61,171 nt of DNA, filler included, from Sphacelaria rigidula (GCA_964200075.2; 6 parts of 6 records of this genome joined end to end with filler, not necessarily neighbours in it), one strand, 5' to 3'. Numbered from the whole stretch's first letter, positions 1 through 12,542 are shown. The notes: generated by a model not told the origin, from the sequence alone. A program made the numbers and translations.

Positions 1-154
1 GGGGGGAGGTAAAGCAATCACCGCGGGAGGTGACGCTGCTGTTCACGTCTTCTCGAGATTCAAGATGTCGCACACAGTAAAACAAATGGGTAAACAAATG
101 GACACAAAATCGAGTATGGCTTGCGAAAGAACAGAGGTACACAAAAAACCGTAC

Positions 155-442
155 CTGAAAGTTGACAATAAACAAAAAGGGAGAACGCTCTCCTCGTCCA
201 ACTCCGCTTCCTACCGCCGCCGCCTCCTGCGATCCCTGCCTGCTCGTGAGCTTGGCGATTGTTTCGCGGCACGGGCCCTTGACGGCAATGTGGTCTACAC
301 GGCCTGCCTCCGCGCTGCTCGCTTCCCTGTCGCCTGCTGCTGCAGCTGTCGCCACAGCAGTATCAGCGGTCGCAGACTTTGACGGTTTGCCAGTGATGAT
401 GTCAGCGTATACTAGGGAGCACAGTGCCGGTCCTGCTTGAAC
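155..442 (-). CDS. Exon encoding the core of the EDR2_C/DUF1336 domain
   Basis: ttag|GTT...CAG|gtacgg, 288 nt open: VQAGPALCSLVYADII...RVDHIAVKGPCRETIAKL...PFLFIVNFQ. Absent from the ORF track because it has no start codon. Confidence 0.8.
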
Positions 443-3400
443 CTAATTCGATATTCAACGACACCCAGGGAGAAAAATTTAGATATATCATTTGGAATAT
501 GGGCGAAAGATACAGTAGGCTGAGGTCATGGATCGGGCACGGCTGTAGGTAGTTTGTGCCGAGTGCGAGTACTCGCTTACATTCTCCTCCTCAGTGCCGA
601 AAAAAAACGTGTTCTAGCTTCTCCCCATGATACATCATCTTCACCACATCTCCGCCACATCATACCTAACACTCCGTAGCCCATTGCCAACAACAAGCTG
701 CCTAAACACACAGCTGGACTCATTCACCTTCGACTTGTCCGTAGCGAACGACGGCCCCCGAACCTCGAACGTGTGTCCGAATCGCCCATCCTCGCAGCCT
801 TGCACGATATATCCCACGGTCGGCCCTGTCATCCCCGCCTTCACGCCCACCCCTGGCACCCACCTTCGGACGCCGTTGGCATCTTCCTCCCACTTTCCTT
901 TCCTATCTTCGACAACAGCGGCGGGGTTTATATCAGCGGCGCTGCTGCCGCCGGTTGGACTAGTGACCAGCCCTGTCGACGACACTTCCTCAAACGTTTC
1001 CACCGCATCTTCGTTTGATAGATGGCAAGACGACACCATCGAAGAGGACGATGACGACGACAGCGGCGACGGCGCATCCATCGTTGCCGCCGCTTCATCG
1101 ACAGTCCCGAGCACCCCGATCTCTCCGGCATCGCCGCTTTCGCGTCCGCCGTGTCCACCTGCACCCGCACCGCCTCCGCCTCCGCCTCCGCCACGACTGC
1201 TACCGATATCTACAGCCCCAGCCGCCACTGACATTGCGGCCGGCGCCGTCGGTTGGGCCTGCGCCCCATTATTGTTAGGTTTGGCATTGCGCTTCCATAG
1301 GTAGCTCTTACGCCGCGGAGACGATGTTGAAGTGACGAGTGGTGGATCAACAAAGTGCCCGGATTCGTCGACAGCGCCAAGCGACATGCTGGAATCGGGT
1401 GTACCGGGGGCAGCAGCGGCGACGGCCGCCGCTGGCTCGCTTCCCAGGGCCGCTCCTGCGTGGTCACCCAAAGTCACGCCGCCGCTTCCATGGAAGGAAT
1501 CGGGTGAAGACCCCGGGAACGATGATTGGTACGTCTCATCGTCGAGTGATGATGGATTGTCGACGTTGCTGTTGCGTTTGGATGTGCGTCTGTAAGGGTT
1601 GTATTTGGTCGGGAATTTCGGTACGCCCTTTTTTTTTTTCCCCGGCGTTTTTTTCCCCCCCATCGTTTTGCAGTTGCAGTGTAGGCACATGTGGACAGAT
1701 ATGGAAGAAAGACAAGAGGGCAAAAAGTGAGTTGTGGTATCTTCGTTGCTTGTGTGGGCAGTGAAAAAAAACTCGGATCGGCGAGTGTTTGGGGGCGGAG
1801 GGGGGAGGAGAGAACGGGGTAGAGAGCTGTTCCATTCGAGAAATGACTGATACATATCACACGAAGTAATAGCACCATCTCAAAAATAGGGGACCAATGG
1901 GAACACCGATGGGAACTCCCGCCCTCCCTCAGCTTCAACTTCAACATTGGGACTTCGACGACCAATCCGTCATACACTCAAGGTTAATTTCCTACCTCAC
2001 TAAGACTATCCCTGGAATTCAGATCTGATTCGTGAACTGTACATCCCGCTACGCTCCGATCCTTCACTTCACTCCTCTGTTTATAAGCACGGAATATGTG
2101 TTTCATTGCCATCGCATATTTGGCTCGCATTATCATGGCCGGCGAATCAAGAACAACGGCGCGCGGGTGACCGTGCCCCGTGTTCCCCCCTCACCTCCAC
2201 ACACCCCATATCGTTCTTCTCGTTGGTATTTTTTGTGGTCGAAACGAAAGCTCGAAGAAGCGCACCTTGGGGATAGGAATGTGCTTTTGGATGCTCTTGG
2301 AGTTTGGCATGGACATCGGGACGCTCCGGGCGATCCGACGAGTGCCTGTCATTACAGCGTTCTTCATGTAGTCCATGCTCTTCCGGCCTTTACCACCACC
2401 ATCGCCGCCGCCAACGCCGCCGCCGCGCACAGTGGAAGATAGCATATCATGCGATTTTGGATTTGGACGTTAGCGCCGACATAAGTGACGGGAAAAGACA
2501 CGGATTTGCCGTTTGCCGGGAGGACGAGGACGGGAGTTGCAGCAAAAAAACACCGATGAGCTTCATGATCACAGTCTTCTTCAGCGCGTGTATTGATTGG
2601 GTCCATGCGTCATGCTCGATTGATTGGCATGCATATCATACGCATCATGCGTATGCTCCGACGACACAGATCGCCGAAAAACAATGTCAAGACCCATACT
2701 GGCCATCAAGGCGGTGGGGACCGGTGACCGGTGATCGGGGTGAGGGGTACTCATGGTCTTGCATGCCATGGTCATCTGATCATTGACCTCGCATCCCTAC
2801 AAGGCCGGGACAGAGCACGTTAGGTTTTCGCCGGACCAGGCTCGCACTCAATCACCGAGCGCGAACCGCCGTCATGTGTTGCTCGCACGAAGGGTGAGCT
2901 GCATCCTGCTAAGATTGCCTACACGTTGCCTCATGGGTGCCTCACCATTTAAATACTACGTAGTATGATCACCCCTTTGCGCGGAACCGAGGATCTCTCA
3001 CCCCGCACGATACGATCTAGCTCGGCCATCATCGTGGTTACCGCAGAAAAAACGCAAGCGCGCAAAACAAAATCGGTGACCTGGTTGCCTGGCTTACGGA
3101 GTAAGTGGCATGTTTTACAGCGGCATTGCCAACCGACGCCAACGTCACGGGGGGTCCGTCCCTGAAAAGCCGGGGCGGAGCACCCAGGGTTTTCGCAGGA
3201 CCAGGCTCACTCGGTGGGGGGGGGAGGGGGGGTAATCATGTATCCCATAGTCATGAGACCAGTGACCTCGCATATGGGGGCGGGGGTGGAGAATCGACAT
3301 CTTGGTCTCATCAACCGCTCAACATGATATGAACATCGGCAATTTTAGCTTCTCCTGGCGGGCTCACAAAACAAACCACTAGGCGCTTGCGAAGACCCAC

Positions 3401-4966
3401 ACGAATCTCACCAGAGCTGCGAGGAGAAGATCCAACAGGCGACGTGCCCGCGCCATCCATTCCTCCCTCCACCACGAACTCATCCACGTGGAGCTCATGT
3501 TCCCCGCCGTTGTCTTCGCCGTCGGTGCTGCTGGAGCTGTCAGAGTCTCCGCCGCCACCAACGCCGGCAGCACTCTCCATATCCATCTTGGGGGGGAAGA
3601 ATCCAGCGTTTGCAGGATTGTCGCGGCTATTGTCATCAGCGGTAACACCTGCTTCGCCATTACCGCCGCCGCTACCGTTACTGATACTAACAGCACCATC
3701 GCCTCCAACCCCTTCTCCTCCCGGGGGATGCGGAGCATTGCCCGACGCTGAGCTCTGGCCTTGTCGTCCCTGGTACGTTCCCTCTTGCACGCCACTCACG
3801 CCCGACCCTACCACCCTCGCCGGCTTCGCAGCAGCGCGGGCAGCGTCGGCCGCACCGCTGCTTAAAATTCGGCTGGATCGCGGGGATACGTCGTCACCAC
3901 CAACACCGCTGCTACCGCAGCTGAGTCCCCTTTCCCCTCTTCCACTGGCTGGTGATGATATGGACATAGTCTTGCCTATGGCAGGCCGTTTCGTCGACGG
4001 CTGAGGAGAGACGGCGGTCGGGACCCCCGTGCGTGCGTGAGAGGAGGAGGAATCCCATGACCCGATGGTGCGGGCTAGCGGGTTTACCCCGGCGACTTTT
4101 CAGGTGTTCGTGGATAGGCGGACGATGACACGGTAAACGCAGAGAGGCCCGTAGGGGAGAGGGAGAAGAGGTTCAGAAATAATTTGAACTGGATTGCGGG
4201 TGGGTGCCGAAGAAGAGACGAGAGATCCTTTCGTTGCGACCGAAGACGCTATCAAGACAGGCAGGTCGATATACATTTCAGACGAGGAAACAGACAAGAC
4301 GGATGAGCATGAAATTACTTACTTGACACAACCCATCCCCATTAATCATCACAACCATCCCTGACCGTCGCCTGCCATATAGGGTCATCTCTCACATTCA
4401 GGGGAAAGGAACTCTCGGAAGACATCCGAATCTCTCAGAGCGGGGTTGTTGAGCACCACCTGCAAGAACCGCTGGAGACGTCTCCGTCGCCTGGTCAGGT
4501 GCCCAAGGTCGAAGCTGCGGCGGTAGGAGTGCGGCAACTGAGGGAGATCCGCTAGTGTCGTTGCCGCAATCGAATGAAAAACAAGCGAATGCACACATGT
4601 TTTTGCAACAAAAACAGATACAGCAGCAGAAGCAGCATAAGGCGGAGGAGAAGGCGAACCTTTATTTGGAGATGTATGTTGAAAAAACGAAATGGTCCTC
4701 TGATCAAATGAGACGCCATTTAATGGCCCACCATTGTCGATCGGGGGTAGAACGGATGCTTTGACAACCCAAGCGCAAGGAGCGCATTGGTCCGTAAACT
4801 GCGTTCTTGCTCTGCCTCTATGCCTCTGTTCCTCCGCCTCTTACCCCATCCTCTTGGTAACCCTCGGTTTCTCTCGAACTTTCATCATCTGCCCCGTACC
4901 TTCCGCGCCGGGAACCTTCCCCAGGGCCGCCCTGAGCTTTCCCATGTCCGCCATTCTTCTCCATAT
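155..4966 (-). CDS. Partial multi-exon gene encoding a PX-domain + EDR2 C-terminal (DUF1336) protein; exons 4966-4900, 4551-4396, 4095-3412, 2387-2266, 1627-728, 442-155; continues beyond both ends
   Basis: All six exons are bounded by AG/GT and their phases chain (0-1, 1-1, 1-1, 1-0, 0-0, 0-0). Spliced product: IWRRMADMGKLRAALGKVPGAE-ADLPQLPHSYRRSFDLGHLTRRRRRLQRFLQVVLNNPALRDSDVFREFL (PX pattern), then a long S/G/P-rich linker, then FEVRGPSFATDKSK-VQAGPALCSLVYAD...RVDHIAVKG...PFLFIVNFQ (EDR2_C pattern). The acceptors at 4095, 2387 and 1627 are A-rich and less certain. Confidence 0.8.
728..1627 (-). CDS. Large exon: low-complexity linker and start of EDR2_C (FEVRGPSFATDKSK)
   Basis: Lies within ORF 641..1855(-). 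Donor AAG|gtgaat at 728 joins in frame to the 442 acceptor. Confidence 0.75.
2745..2920 (+). repeat. Dispersed repeat family A, copy 1 (other copies ~11470-11770 and ~43365-43660, opposite strand)
   Basis: Shared blocks CATTGACCTCGCATCCCTAC, CCGGA(C/T)(C/T)AGGCTCGC and GAAGGGTGAGCTGC occur in three different contigs. Confidence 0.75.
3412..4095 (-). CDS. Low-complexity linker exon of the PX-EDR2_C gene
   Basis: Extends ORF 3311..3967(-) upstream in frame. Donor CTG|gtgaga; phase 1-1 fits both neighbours. Confidence 0.65.
4396..4966 (-). CDS. Two exons (4966-4900, 4551-4396) encoding the PX domain helical region
   Basis: WRRxxD motif, LPxLP loop, RRxxLQxFLQ helix and DVFREFL terminus are the canonical PX (phox) pattern; splice sites are canonical. 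Confidence 0.8.
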
Positions 4967-5033
4967 CTGAACAAGAGAAACAGAATGTTGACGTCAATGC
5001 CCCAATGTACTATTCGTTCCTCTTCATTTTTTC

Positions 5034-7135
5034 CAAGGGTCTACACGTTACACGTGCCACAGCCTTACACGTTACGTTTTGGCCGAAACATGACGTGAAC
5101 ATTAAAAAAAATTATGTGATGAACGTAACGTGAACATAACCTTAAATTTTCAAGTGAAACGTTAACGTAACGTTATTTTTTTGTAACGTGACATACGTAA
5201 CGTAACGCAAACTTTAAATTGCCCACACGTTCCAACCACATAATACGAAACGTTTCATGTAACGCGTAACGTCTATTACACGTTACGCCTGCACTAGACC
5301 TTACAAGTTACATGAAATGTCATGAACACGTCACATGAAGTGGTAAAACTTCAAGTTTGCAATGAATTTTAAAATCCCAGAAAATTGTGCTTCAATAAAC
5401 ACGAGTGAGTTTGAATGACCATGGTATAGGTATGCTACTAGTGCAGCAATCTTGTGCTCCCCCCACCACACCTCACATTCCGAGTTATCGTTGCAGCACT
5501 GCATCATAACATCATAATTATCTCGATCACATCCAAGGCTATACTTCTCATGTTTAAAAAAACGTTGTCAGACAAGCCGTTTTTCAACGGCGCGATTTTC
5601 CACAATTTTTTTCAAAGTAGCTCCTCTTACGTGATCGACGCTCTGTCAAAATTGGAAACGCAGCGTTCATCGTTTTGTACAGTATGAGCTGTGCAGGCAT
5701 AATTTCAAATTCTGGGGCGCGCGAGAGAGACGCAGCACTCTGCTGTCGTATCGTGGTGCACGGTCCCTACTTACTGTCTGTACTACTGTGGTACATTGCC
5801 TGAGCAATACATGATGGGCTGCGTGACGCAAGACGATCAATACGAACACCGCCTTGCTGTACTAACTGGCTGTAGAAGTGACGGTTGTGCCTTTTCACTG
5901 CACGGTAGTACTTGACTAAAAGAACAGCACGGACAACAGGACATACAACAGTAGTGTATTTTATGCGTTGGCTGTAGTGATGGCTTGGATGTCATCACCA
6001 CTGCTGTCGCTCGTGCTTGCGGGCAGCCAGCGTGTTGCTTTACTGTCCTTCGCTCGCCAGTAGCGTGATGACCCTTACCCCCATGAGAACGGAACAGGGT
6101 AGGGTCGATGACGAGTGCTGTACAGACACTCTGAAGTTTGCACACTTTTGTACCTCAGTTCAGGTCTACGCATGCAGCGTGCTGCAAACAGCACTCGAAT
6201 ATAGTACAGAGTACCCAGCACCCAATCCTTGTAGACACTACACCAGTAGCGCCGCTTGTACTGTGGTCGTGTGTATTCAGTCAGTGCGGTCCTGTCTCTA
6301 CACGTCTTGGGTACGTGGGCAGTCTGTACTGCATTGCGAGTGCTGTTCGCAACACACTGCATGCACAGGCCTGGACTGCGAGCTACAATACTGTCCGTGC
6401 AAACTACACAGAGTGTTTGTTTGTACAGCACATGTCATCGACTCTGCTCTGAATGTTCTCATCGGGTAAAGGACCACAATGGTACTGGCGAGTGAAGGAT
6501 AATGAAGCAACACGCTGACTGCCCGCGAGCACCAGCGACAGCAGTGGTGATGGCAACCAAGCCACCATAGCTACTGTCATGGGCTGGAGGGTGTGTTGGC
6601 GTGCGGCGGGATTTCAAACGCGTTTTCAATAACATATTTCGATGGCCCAAAGCTATCAGAAAATCAGGATTTTCTGATAAATTTGGGCCATCGAAATATG
6701 TTCTCAGAAAAGGTTCTATATAAAAAAAGCGTTTTCTGATCATGTAAGAAGTGGGTTTTTGGTCATTCATCAGAAAACGCATTTTCAGGAGTTTTTGTTA
6801 TACATGAGAAGCAGCCGACGGGTCAGCGTCAGCGTCACGTACACGGTAACATCACGCGTGACACGACACGTTACAAGGCTCTACACACTGGTAAATGAGC
6901 CGCGACATGCACAGAATGGAACGTTATATTCGAACGTTAAACGTGTCAACGTGACGTTATATTAGACGTGACACGTGACATTGAAACGTTTCATATTACG
7001 CTACATGTAACGAAACGTAACGTTAACATTTATTTAACGTGACATACGTAACGTAACTTGAACATTTTTTTTTTTACGTGATGAACGTAACGTGAACGTG
7101 AACGTGAACGTGAACGTGTAACGTGTAGACCCCTG
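5034..7135. mobile_element. Non-autonomous TIR DNA transposon (2.1 kb) in an intron, with ACGT-rich subterminal repeats; hAT- or P-like
   Basis: Left end CAAGGGTCTACACGTTACACGT; right end reverse complement CAGGGGTCTACACGTTACACGT. Dense AACGT/ACGTG motifs at 5040-5340 and 6830-7130. TSD imperfect (TTTTTTC on both sides, offset by 2 nt). Confidence 0.75.
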
Positions 7136-7586
7136 ACTTTTTTCACCAGGTAAATTATTAACTGATTGATCGTCGCATTTTCACTGACCCCTCAGGGATC
7201 CAGTCGTGGTCACATGATCCACCTACCCGAGACGTAACAAAACTGAAGCATTCGCTGAAAAAAAAATGAAGAATAAAACGGAAAGGGCGCGACACAGCAA
7301 CAGAGTAGTCTCAAGAAAAGAAATGAGCAAAACGAACGATAGAGGCAACGGACTAGTACAAAGAAGGGACGAAATGAACTGCGTGCTAATAACGCGACGA
7401 AAAAGCACGTGGAGGATGCACAGAGCATTTGGTTGTGGTCATTTTCATCGTCTTACTTTGACTGGTCAATCCAGCCGTGATCACAACACAAGACGTGCTC
7501 AATACAATACGGCATCATATGGTGTACATCATTTTCCTGCACATCAACATGTTGGCCGTCGTAGCGCCCGCGGCCTGCAGTGAAAC

Positions 7587-7648
7587 CTGGCAGTCCCGTG
7601 GAGGACGGCGACATGGTAGACGAGGAAGACCTCGTAGGGACGTCCGGG
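7587..7648 (-). CDS. Candidate exon encoding the PX beta-strands (PGRPYEVFLVYHVAVLHGTAR)
   Basis: ctcag|CCC acceptor and AG|gtttca donor. The peptide resembles the VYxIxV strand of PX, but its end phase does not match the 4966 acceptor, so the junction is unresolved. Confidence 0.4.
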
Positions 7649-9113
7649 CTGAGACAGATTTTCGCGTGTTCATGTTTTGACTGATAGCATCGCGGCAGGC
7701 TAACATGGTTGAGACGGCGGGTTGAGAGTTTTGCAGGTCGTATTTGCCTCAGCCTCAGCAGCAAATTGCCGCGGATGGAAGCTGGGGTTGGTAGGAAGGA
7801 CGAGCTCACCACTCAGATTCCATGCGTGTTGCTTGTGTGTGTGTGTGTGTGTGTTCGTCCTGCTCAATAGGCCGTTGGTTCCGCGATCACGTGCTACTGT
7901 CCTCCCTACACAGTCTCAAACTGTGAAAGGGCACGGCAGCGGGCCTTGGATAATGCACGAAAAGTGCAGGCTACTGTACTGTACCGTTCAGCAACAAACG
8001 ATTCGAGTTCAGTGGTGTGCATTGACCACATGCATGTAGAACATGTTGGCACTATAGCTGCTCCCGTACTGCTGGTGTACTGTCGAAAAATGTGAGACGG
8101 CAGTGCCAGCAGCCCTACTGTGTGCACGAACGAGTGACTGCAGACTGTACTCCACTGACTATAGTGCTGTGGTATCTGCGGCATGCCCATGTGCGTTGCA
8201 ACGGCCGTTCTATGTAGCTGTTGTGTCTCCATCAAAAACCAGCTGTGGTCCTCCGAACCCCCGTTTGAAAAAAAAAAGAACAAAAAAGCTAGTTGTAGGG
8301 CGATCGGTGGGCGCAAAAGGGGATAGCAAATGTATATATTGGGAAAATTGAGGTGTGATCTCCCAAGCGACAGCAAGCGAATGATACACAGGGCATCGAT
8401 GAAGATAGGTCTCAGAGGCATCTCGAGGTGAATTGCTCAGACCCTTGCATACTACGTTCCTGTTAGATGAACTGAGGATTGATTTCGTACCACCACGTGC
8501 CTCACCTCGCGACCCGCTCCAACCTTGACCATGTGTGGCCATGTCTTCCAAGGGATGCATGACGGTCTGTGCCACCGAAGCGTAGGCACGACAAACTACC
8601 ACGGGGTTTGAATCCCACACTAACCAAACCATCCTCAAGTGGGGGGAGTGCGACCAGTTTGTTGCGCTGAAAATAGCCGCTTCGAGATGATGTTAGAGGC
8701 AGTGAAGACACAAAATGACCCACATGAAATATTCTAGCGACATATCGAAACTTCGATGGCACTCTTCTATCCCGTGAAAGCTCACGCAAACAAGAACATC
8801 GTTGTACATCACACCCCTTGCTCTGAGCAACCATGCGCCCGGAGCTCCGCTCCCCTCACCTCCCAAGGCGGCGTCGCTGCCTCCGCCGGGGCAACGCTTA
8901 TTCGATAACAAGCGTACTTGTTGTCCACGACTCGAACATCTCCGAAGGACAAGATTGCACCCTCCAAGCAAACGCGCGCCTGAAACACGCAGGAACAGGG
9001 AGGCCATCGATGAAACGATAACGCCCAAAGCTAATGTACTGCATATGCCGCGGGTACAGCTCGCATCCTTCTTCGAGTATCAATACATACATACATACAT
9101 GTAGCATGATCCT

Positions 9114-9417
9114 AACAACGTTTTCGTGAGATTGAGACTAGAGCGCTGATTGAGAGTGGCTTTGGTAATTTGCCTGAACCTAGCCAATTTTTCATTCCGT
9201 GTGCGGCTTTCTTTGCCTCCATCATTAGCGTGTGCTTACAGCTAGCTACACGTCGATATCCTACTAAAGGATATCAAGGGCCTCAGCGGCAAGCTACTGC
9301 AGAAAGCATATCGGGCCTCGTGGAGGGGCCTTTCCGAACTGAAACAATTAATTCACTGATTCACCGCTTTTCACTCTCAATCGTGTCCTCTACTCCCAAT
9401 CTCACGAAAACATTGTT
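9114..9417. mobile_element. MITE family B (~300 bp), copy 1
   Basis: TIR AACAA(C/T)GTTTTCGTGAGATTG at both ends. Internal blocks GCTACACGTCGATATCCTACT and TGGAGGGGC are shared with three other copies. Confidence 0.85.
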
Positions 9418-9619
9418 TCCTGTGGTACATCTTTTCGAATAATCATGCCAATACACGTGAGTAAGCTTCCAGGGAAAAATCCACTCGTGTGTAAACAGCA
9501 AAAATGCCAAAATGAGTGGTAGTTGATTGACCATATGGGAGATTAAAATAACGGGGGGACGGGGGGGGGGGAACTTACTACAAAACTCTTGGAGAAATAA
9601 TTTGAAAAAAAATACTCAC

Positions 9620-9869
9620 ATTCTTCCCCTCCTCCTTGCCGCCGCTCGAACGGGCGATGCTCCTCTTGCTTGACGCCTGACTCGGTTTGCCCGTGGTAGC
9701 CGCTTCGTCTCCGGCTGACGGAGATCCGACAGCAGGAGCACGAGCAGCAGTGGCCGTAGCACCAGCACCAGCCTGACCATCACCGCCTCCATCTCGTAAG
9801 AAAATCCCCCTCAGGTTCGCCACTGGGATGCCCAGCCTGTCCAGAGCCTTGAGGAGGAGCTCCACCGCA
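9620..9869 (-). CDS. Probable upstream exon of the same gene (AVELLLKALDRLGIPVANLRGIFLRDG...GKN)
   Basis: Within ORF 9578..9889(-). caacag acceptor, strong AAT|gtgagt donor, GC-rich coding-like composition, same strand. Confidence 0.55.
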
Positions 9870-10113
9870 CTGTTGCTCGGCAGCAGCAAAGTACACGTTT
9901 AGGTGCGCTAGTCCTGACCTCCAACGCTTTGGGGAGTGTAGCAGTGTATATATATATACTGTTCTAGTGTGGGCCATGTGGGTAGAACCGAGGGCCTTAG
10001 AAACGCGGTACAACTGATACCGGTTCAAATTTTAGGGGGGGGGGGGGGGGGGGGAAACCGGTATAAGGGCGGGGGTTTGCCGCTTTTTCCGGTTCTCTTT
10101 CGGTTCGGGGGAT

Positions 10114-10213
10114 NNNNNNNNNNNNNNNNNNNNNNNNNNNNNNNNNNNNNNNNNNNNTTAATTAATTAANNNNNNNNNNNNNNNNNNNNNNNNNNNNNNN
10201 NNNNNNNNNNNNN
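10114..10213. other. Artificial contig linker (44 N + TTAATTAATTAA + 44 N); identical linkers at 20326-20425, 30538-30637, 40750-40849, 50961-51060
   Basis: The same 100-nt cassette, with stops in all six frames, separates segments of 10113, 10112, 10112, 10112, 10111 and 10111 nt (size-sorted). Confidence 0.98.
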
Positions 10214-10317
10214 ACTACTACTACTACTACTACTACTTCCACTACTACTACTACTACTACTTCCACTACTACTACTACTACTACTTCCACTACTACTACT
10301 ACTACTACTACTACTAG
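10214..10317. repeat. (ACT)n microsatellite at contig end
   Basis: Direct reading; interrupted by TTCC units. Confidence 0.95.
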
Positions 10318-11469
10318 CTAGTATGTTGTTATTATTATTGCTGTTGTAACTATCTATTGTTAGTGTCGTTGTTATTGCTGTTGTTACTGTTCTTATATTA
10401 TTACGATTTCCGCATGTCAATCCGATCGCTGGAACCCGTGGTCAAAGACGTAGGCTCGTCTTTCCAATACCGTCGATGCTATTCCTTGCAAGATAGTGAG
10501 GTAATATGAGAAGTGATACTCTCGCCATGCCACTATGGGGTTTCAGCGCTGACCATTCGGCTCGGCGATGAATTATTTCTCGGAACGCGTCCATGCTGAA
10601 TGCTCGTGTTCGTTTGTTGTCTTCGAATTAATCGCCTTCAGGAGACCATGTTTTCTTCGTGCGATGTCATGTTCAATACGAAACAAAAAACAACAAAGGG
10701 AGACTTCCACACACGAATACGAGTAACGATAAAATACACCAGCTACTGTGTGAGGTATAGCTCTATTGTAACTCTTGTCAAACTGTTTCTAATGCTACTA
10801 TTATTTTGACCACATGTTACCTAGTGTGTCATGTTCACCGGTGAGATAAAAAAACACGTGCACACCAAAACATCGAGAGAAACCGCATGAGTTCTGCAAC
10901 ACTGCAGGACTGTTTACACGACATGTTTTGTACCGAGCTTCGAACAGCACGTTAACGGCAAAATCTGTAGTAGTTTAAGCTGTACACGTTGCGGCTAGGA
11001 GCGACGCGAAAAAACTTCGTCTAGGCGTCAAAAGTCGTCGGCTGGTTCCCCCAGCGGCTGAGGAATATCGCACATCTTTCCATTCAGATACCCACCGCCC
11101 CTCCAACCCCTCTTGAGGTACATTTGTTGACGGATTTTGGCGCTGACCGTTCGGCTCGGCGATGAATTATTTCTCGGGACACCTCCATGCCCAACGCTCG
11201 TATTTTACTGTCTTCAAATCAAGATCATCGAAACATCTAAGGTAAGCCTACCTACCCCCCCTCCCCCCGCCGTCGGTTGGCAATGACGCTGTTGAACACG
11301 CCACCCACTGCGTAAGCTACGCAGCCAGGTTACCGTCATTTTATGTCCCTTGCGTTTTTTTGGCGGAAAGACGATGGTGATCGAAATAAATCATGGAGTG
11401 CGGGATGGGAGGAACCGAATTCCGCGTACAGGGGGTAATCGTACAACGTAGAGCTTAGATCGTGAGACA

Positions 11470-11920
11470 CCAATGAGGCAGTGTAAGCCGTGGCTGTCTC
11501 TGCGAGTGGCAATACCGGGGTATGAAGTAACTCATCGGAGACTGTCATCCATATGCAAGATAATTAGTTACGCTTCGGGCCGAACGATCTCAACAGGACG
11601 CAGCTCACCCTTCATGCGACTCGCCGAATACATCACGGCGGTTCGTGCTTGGAGATTGATCGCGAGCCTAATCCGGCGAAACCTCGGCGTGGGCCATCCC
11701 AGCTTTGTAGGGATGCGAGGTCAATGGTCTCATGATAACGGCATGCGAGATAATGAGTACATCCCTCCACTTGTCGTTTTGGACTCGTAACCATATTCAG
11801 CCTCACTGGCCAAAAACCGCGAACATTTTGTCGGCCCAACAAAGTCCAAGAAGAGACGTTGGCCAGTATGGCACTCGAACCACCAACCGCCGATGAGGGA
11901 GTCGGGAATCCATAACACCT
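11470..11920 (-). mobile_element. Repeat family A, copy 2, with a B-box-like GGTTCGAGTGCC head near 11870-11882; possible SINE
   Basis: Matches 2745-2920 and 43365-43660. A Pol III B-box-like motif lies upstream on the minus strand; no clear A box. Confidence 0.5.
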
Positions 11921-12342
11921 CTACAGATTTAACTGATTGGTGCGTCTGATTGATTGATGTCGTTGGTGGATAGATTGACTGAGCGTCTTTGCATCAACGG
12001 GTCGATCCGCTGCGAACGCAGCCGCGGCCACAAAATATGTTGTTATACCCAAGGTAGATAATAAACGGGAAACCGTCGAGATTACCAAACGTCGAGTAGT
12101 ACACCCACGAAACGACAAACAAACAGGCCTAAGCCGCCGTGTCTCGGTGGTCCAACGGTACAACTGACAACATAAAGGTCGAACGAAAGCGGGTTTGCTT
12201 TCACGCCAGAGGCGCCTGGTTTTTTCTCTTTTTCAGAAATATCCTACTATGGTGTTGAAAGCGTGAGGACGTGAGAAGTGAAAAAAACGGTTTTACTAAC
12301 TGAGTTTGTGTCACGACAGACGACACGGTGCTGGAGTGTCGT

Positions 12343-12457
12343 TCATGATCCATGATCCAACCCGCGATACCAAAAGTGTCGGGCGTGTACCTTGGGAGAG
12401 AGACAGATGAGTCTATCCCTCGAAACCACGGACTCGTTCTGAGGAAGGGGAGGGGTT

Positions 12458-12516
<59 letters not shown>

Positions 12517-12517
12517 C
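12343..12517 (+). repeat. Retroposon-like 3' end with (AAC)20 tail; related copy at 16329-16482 with (AAC)12
   Basis: Both copies read TCATGATCCAT..CCGCGA(T/G)ACCAAAA..GTGTACC..ACCACGGACT..GAGGAAGGG, then (AAC)n. Confidence 0.75.
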
Positions 12518-12542
12518 GAAAGAGTGTGAAAGCATGACGAAC

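Noticed and set aside
627-1304. Plus-strand 225-aa Pro/Ser-rich ORF (also 3387..4004 and 53625..54281)
   Set aside because: These are antisense shadows of GC-rich minus-strand coding sequence.
6017-6495. Cys-rich overlapping ORFs
   Set aside because: They arise from TAC/TGC/CAG-rich low-complexity filler inside a non-autonomous transposon, are open in several frames and show no motif.
10158-10169. Recurrent TTAATTAATTAA palindrome as a biological site
   Set aside because: It is always centred between 44-N runs, so it is an assembly linker.
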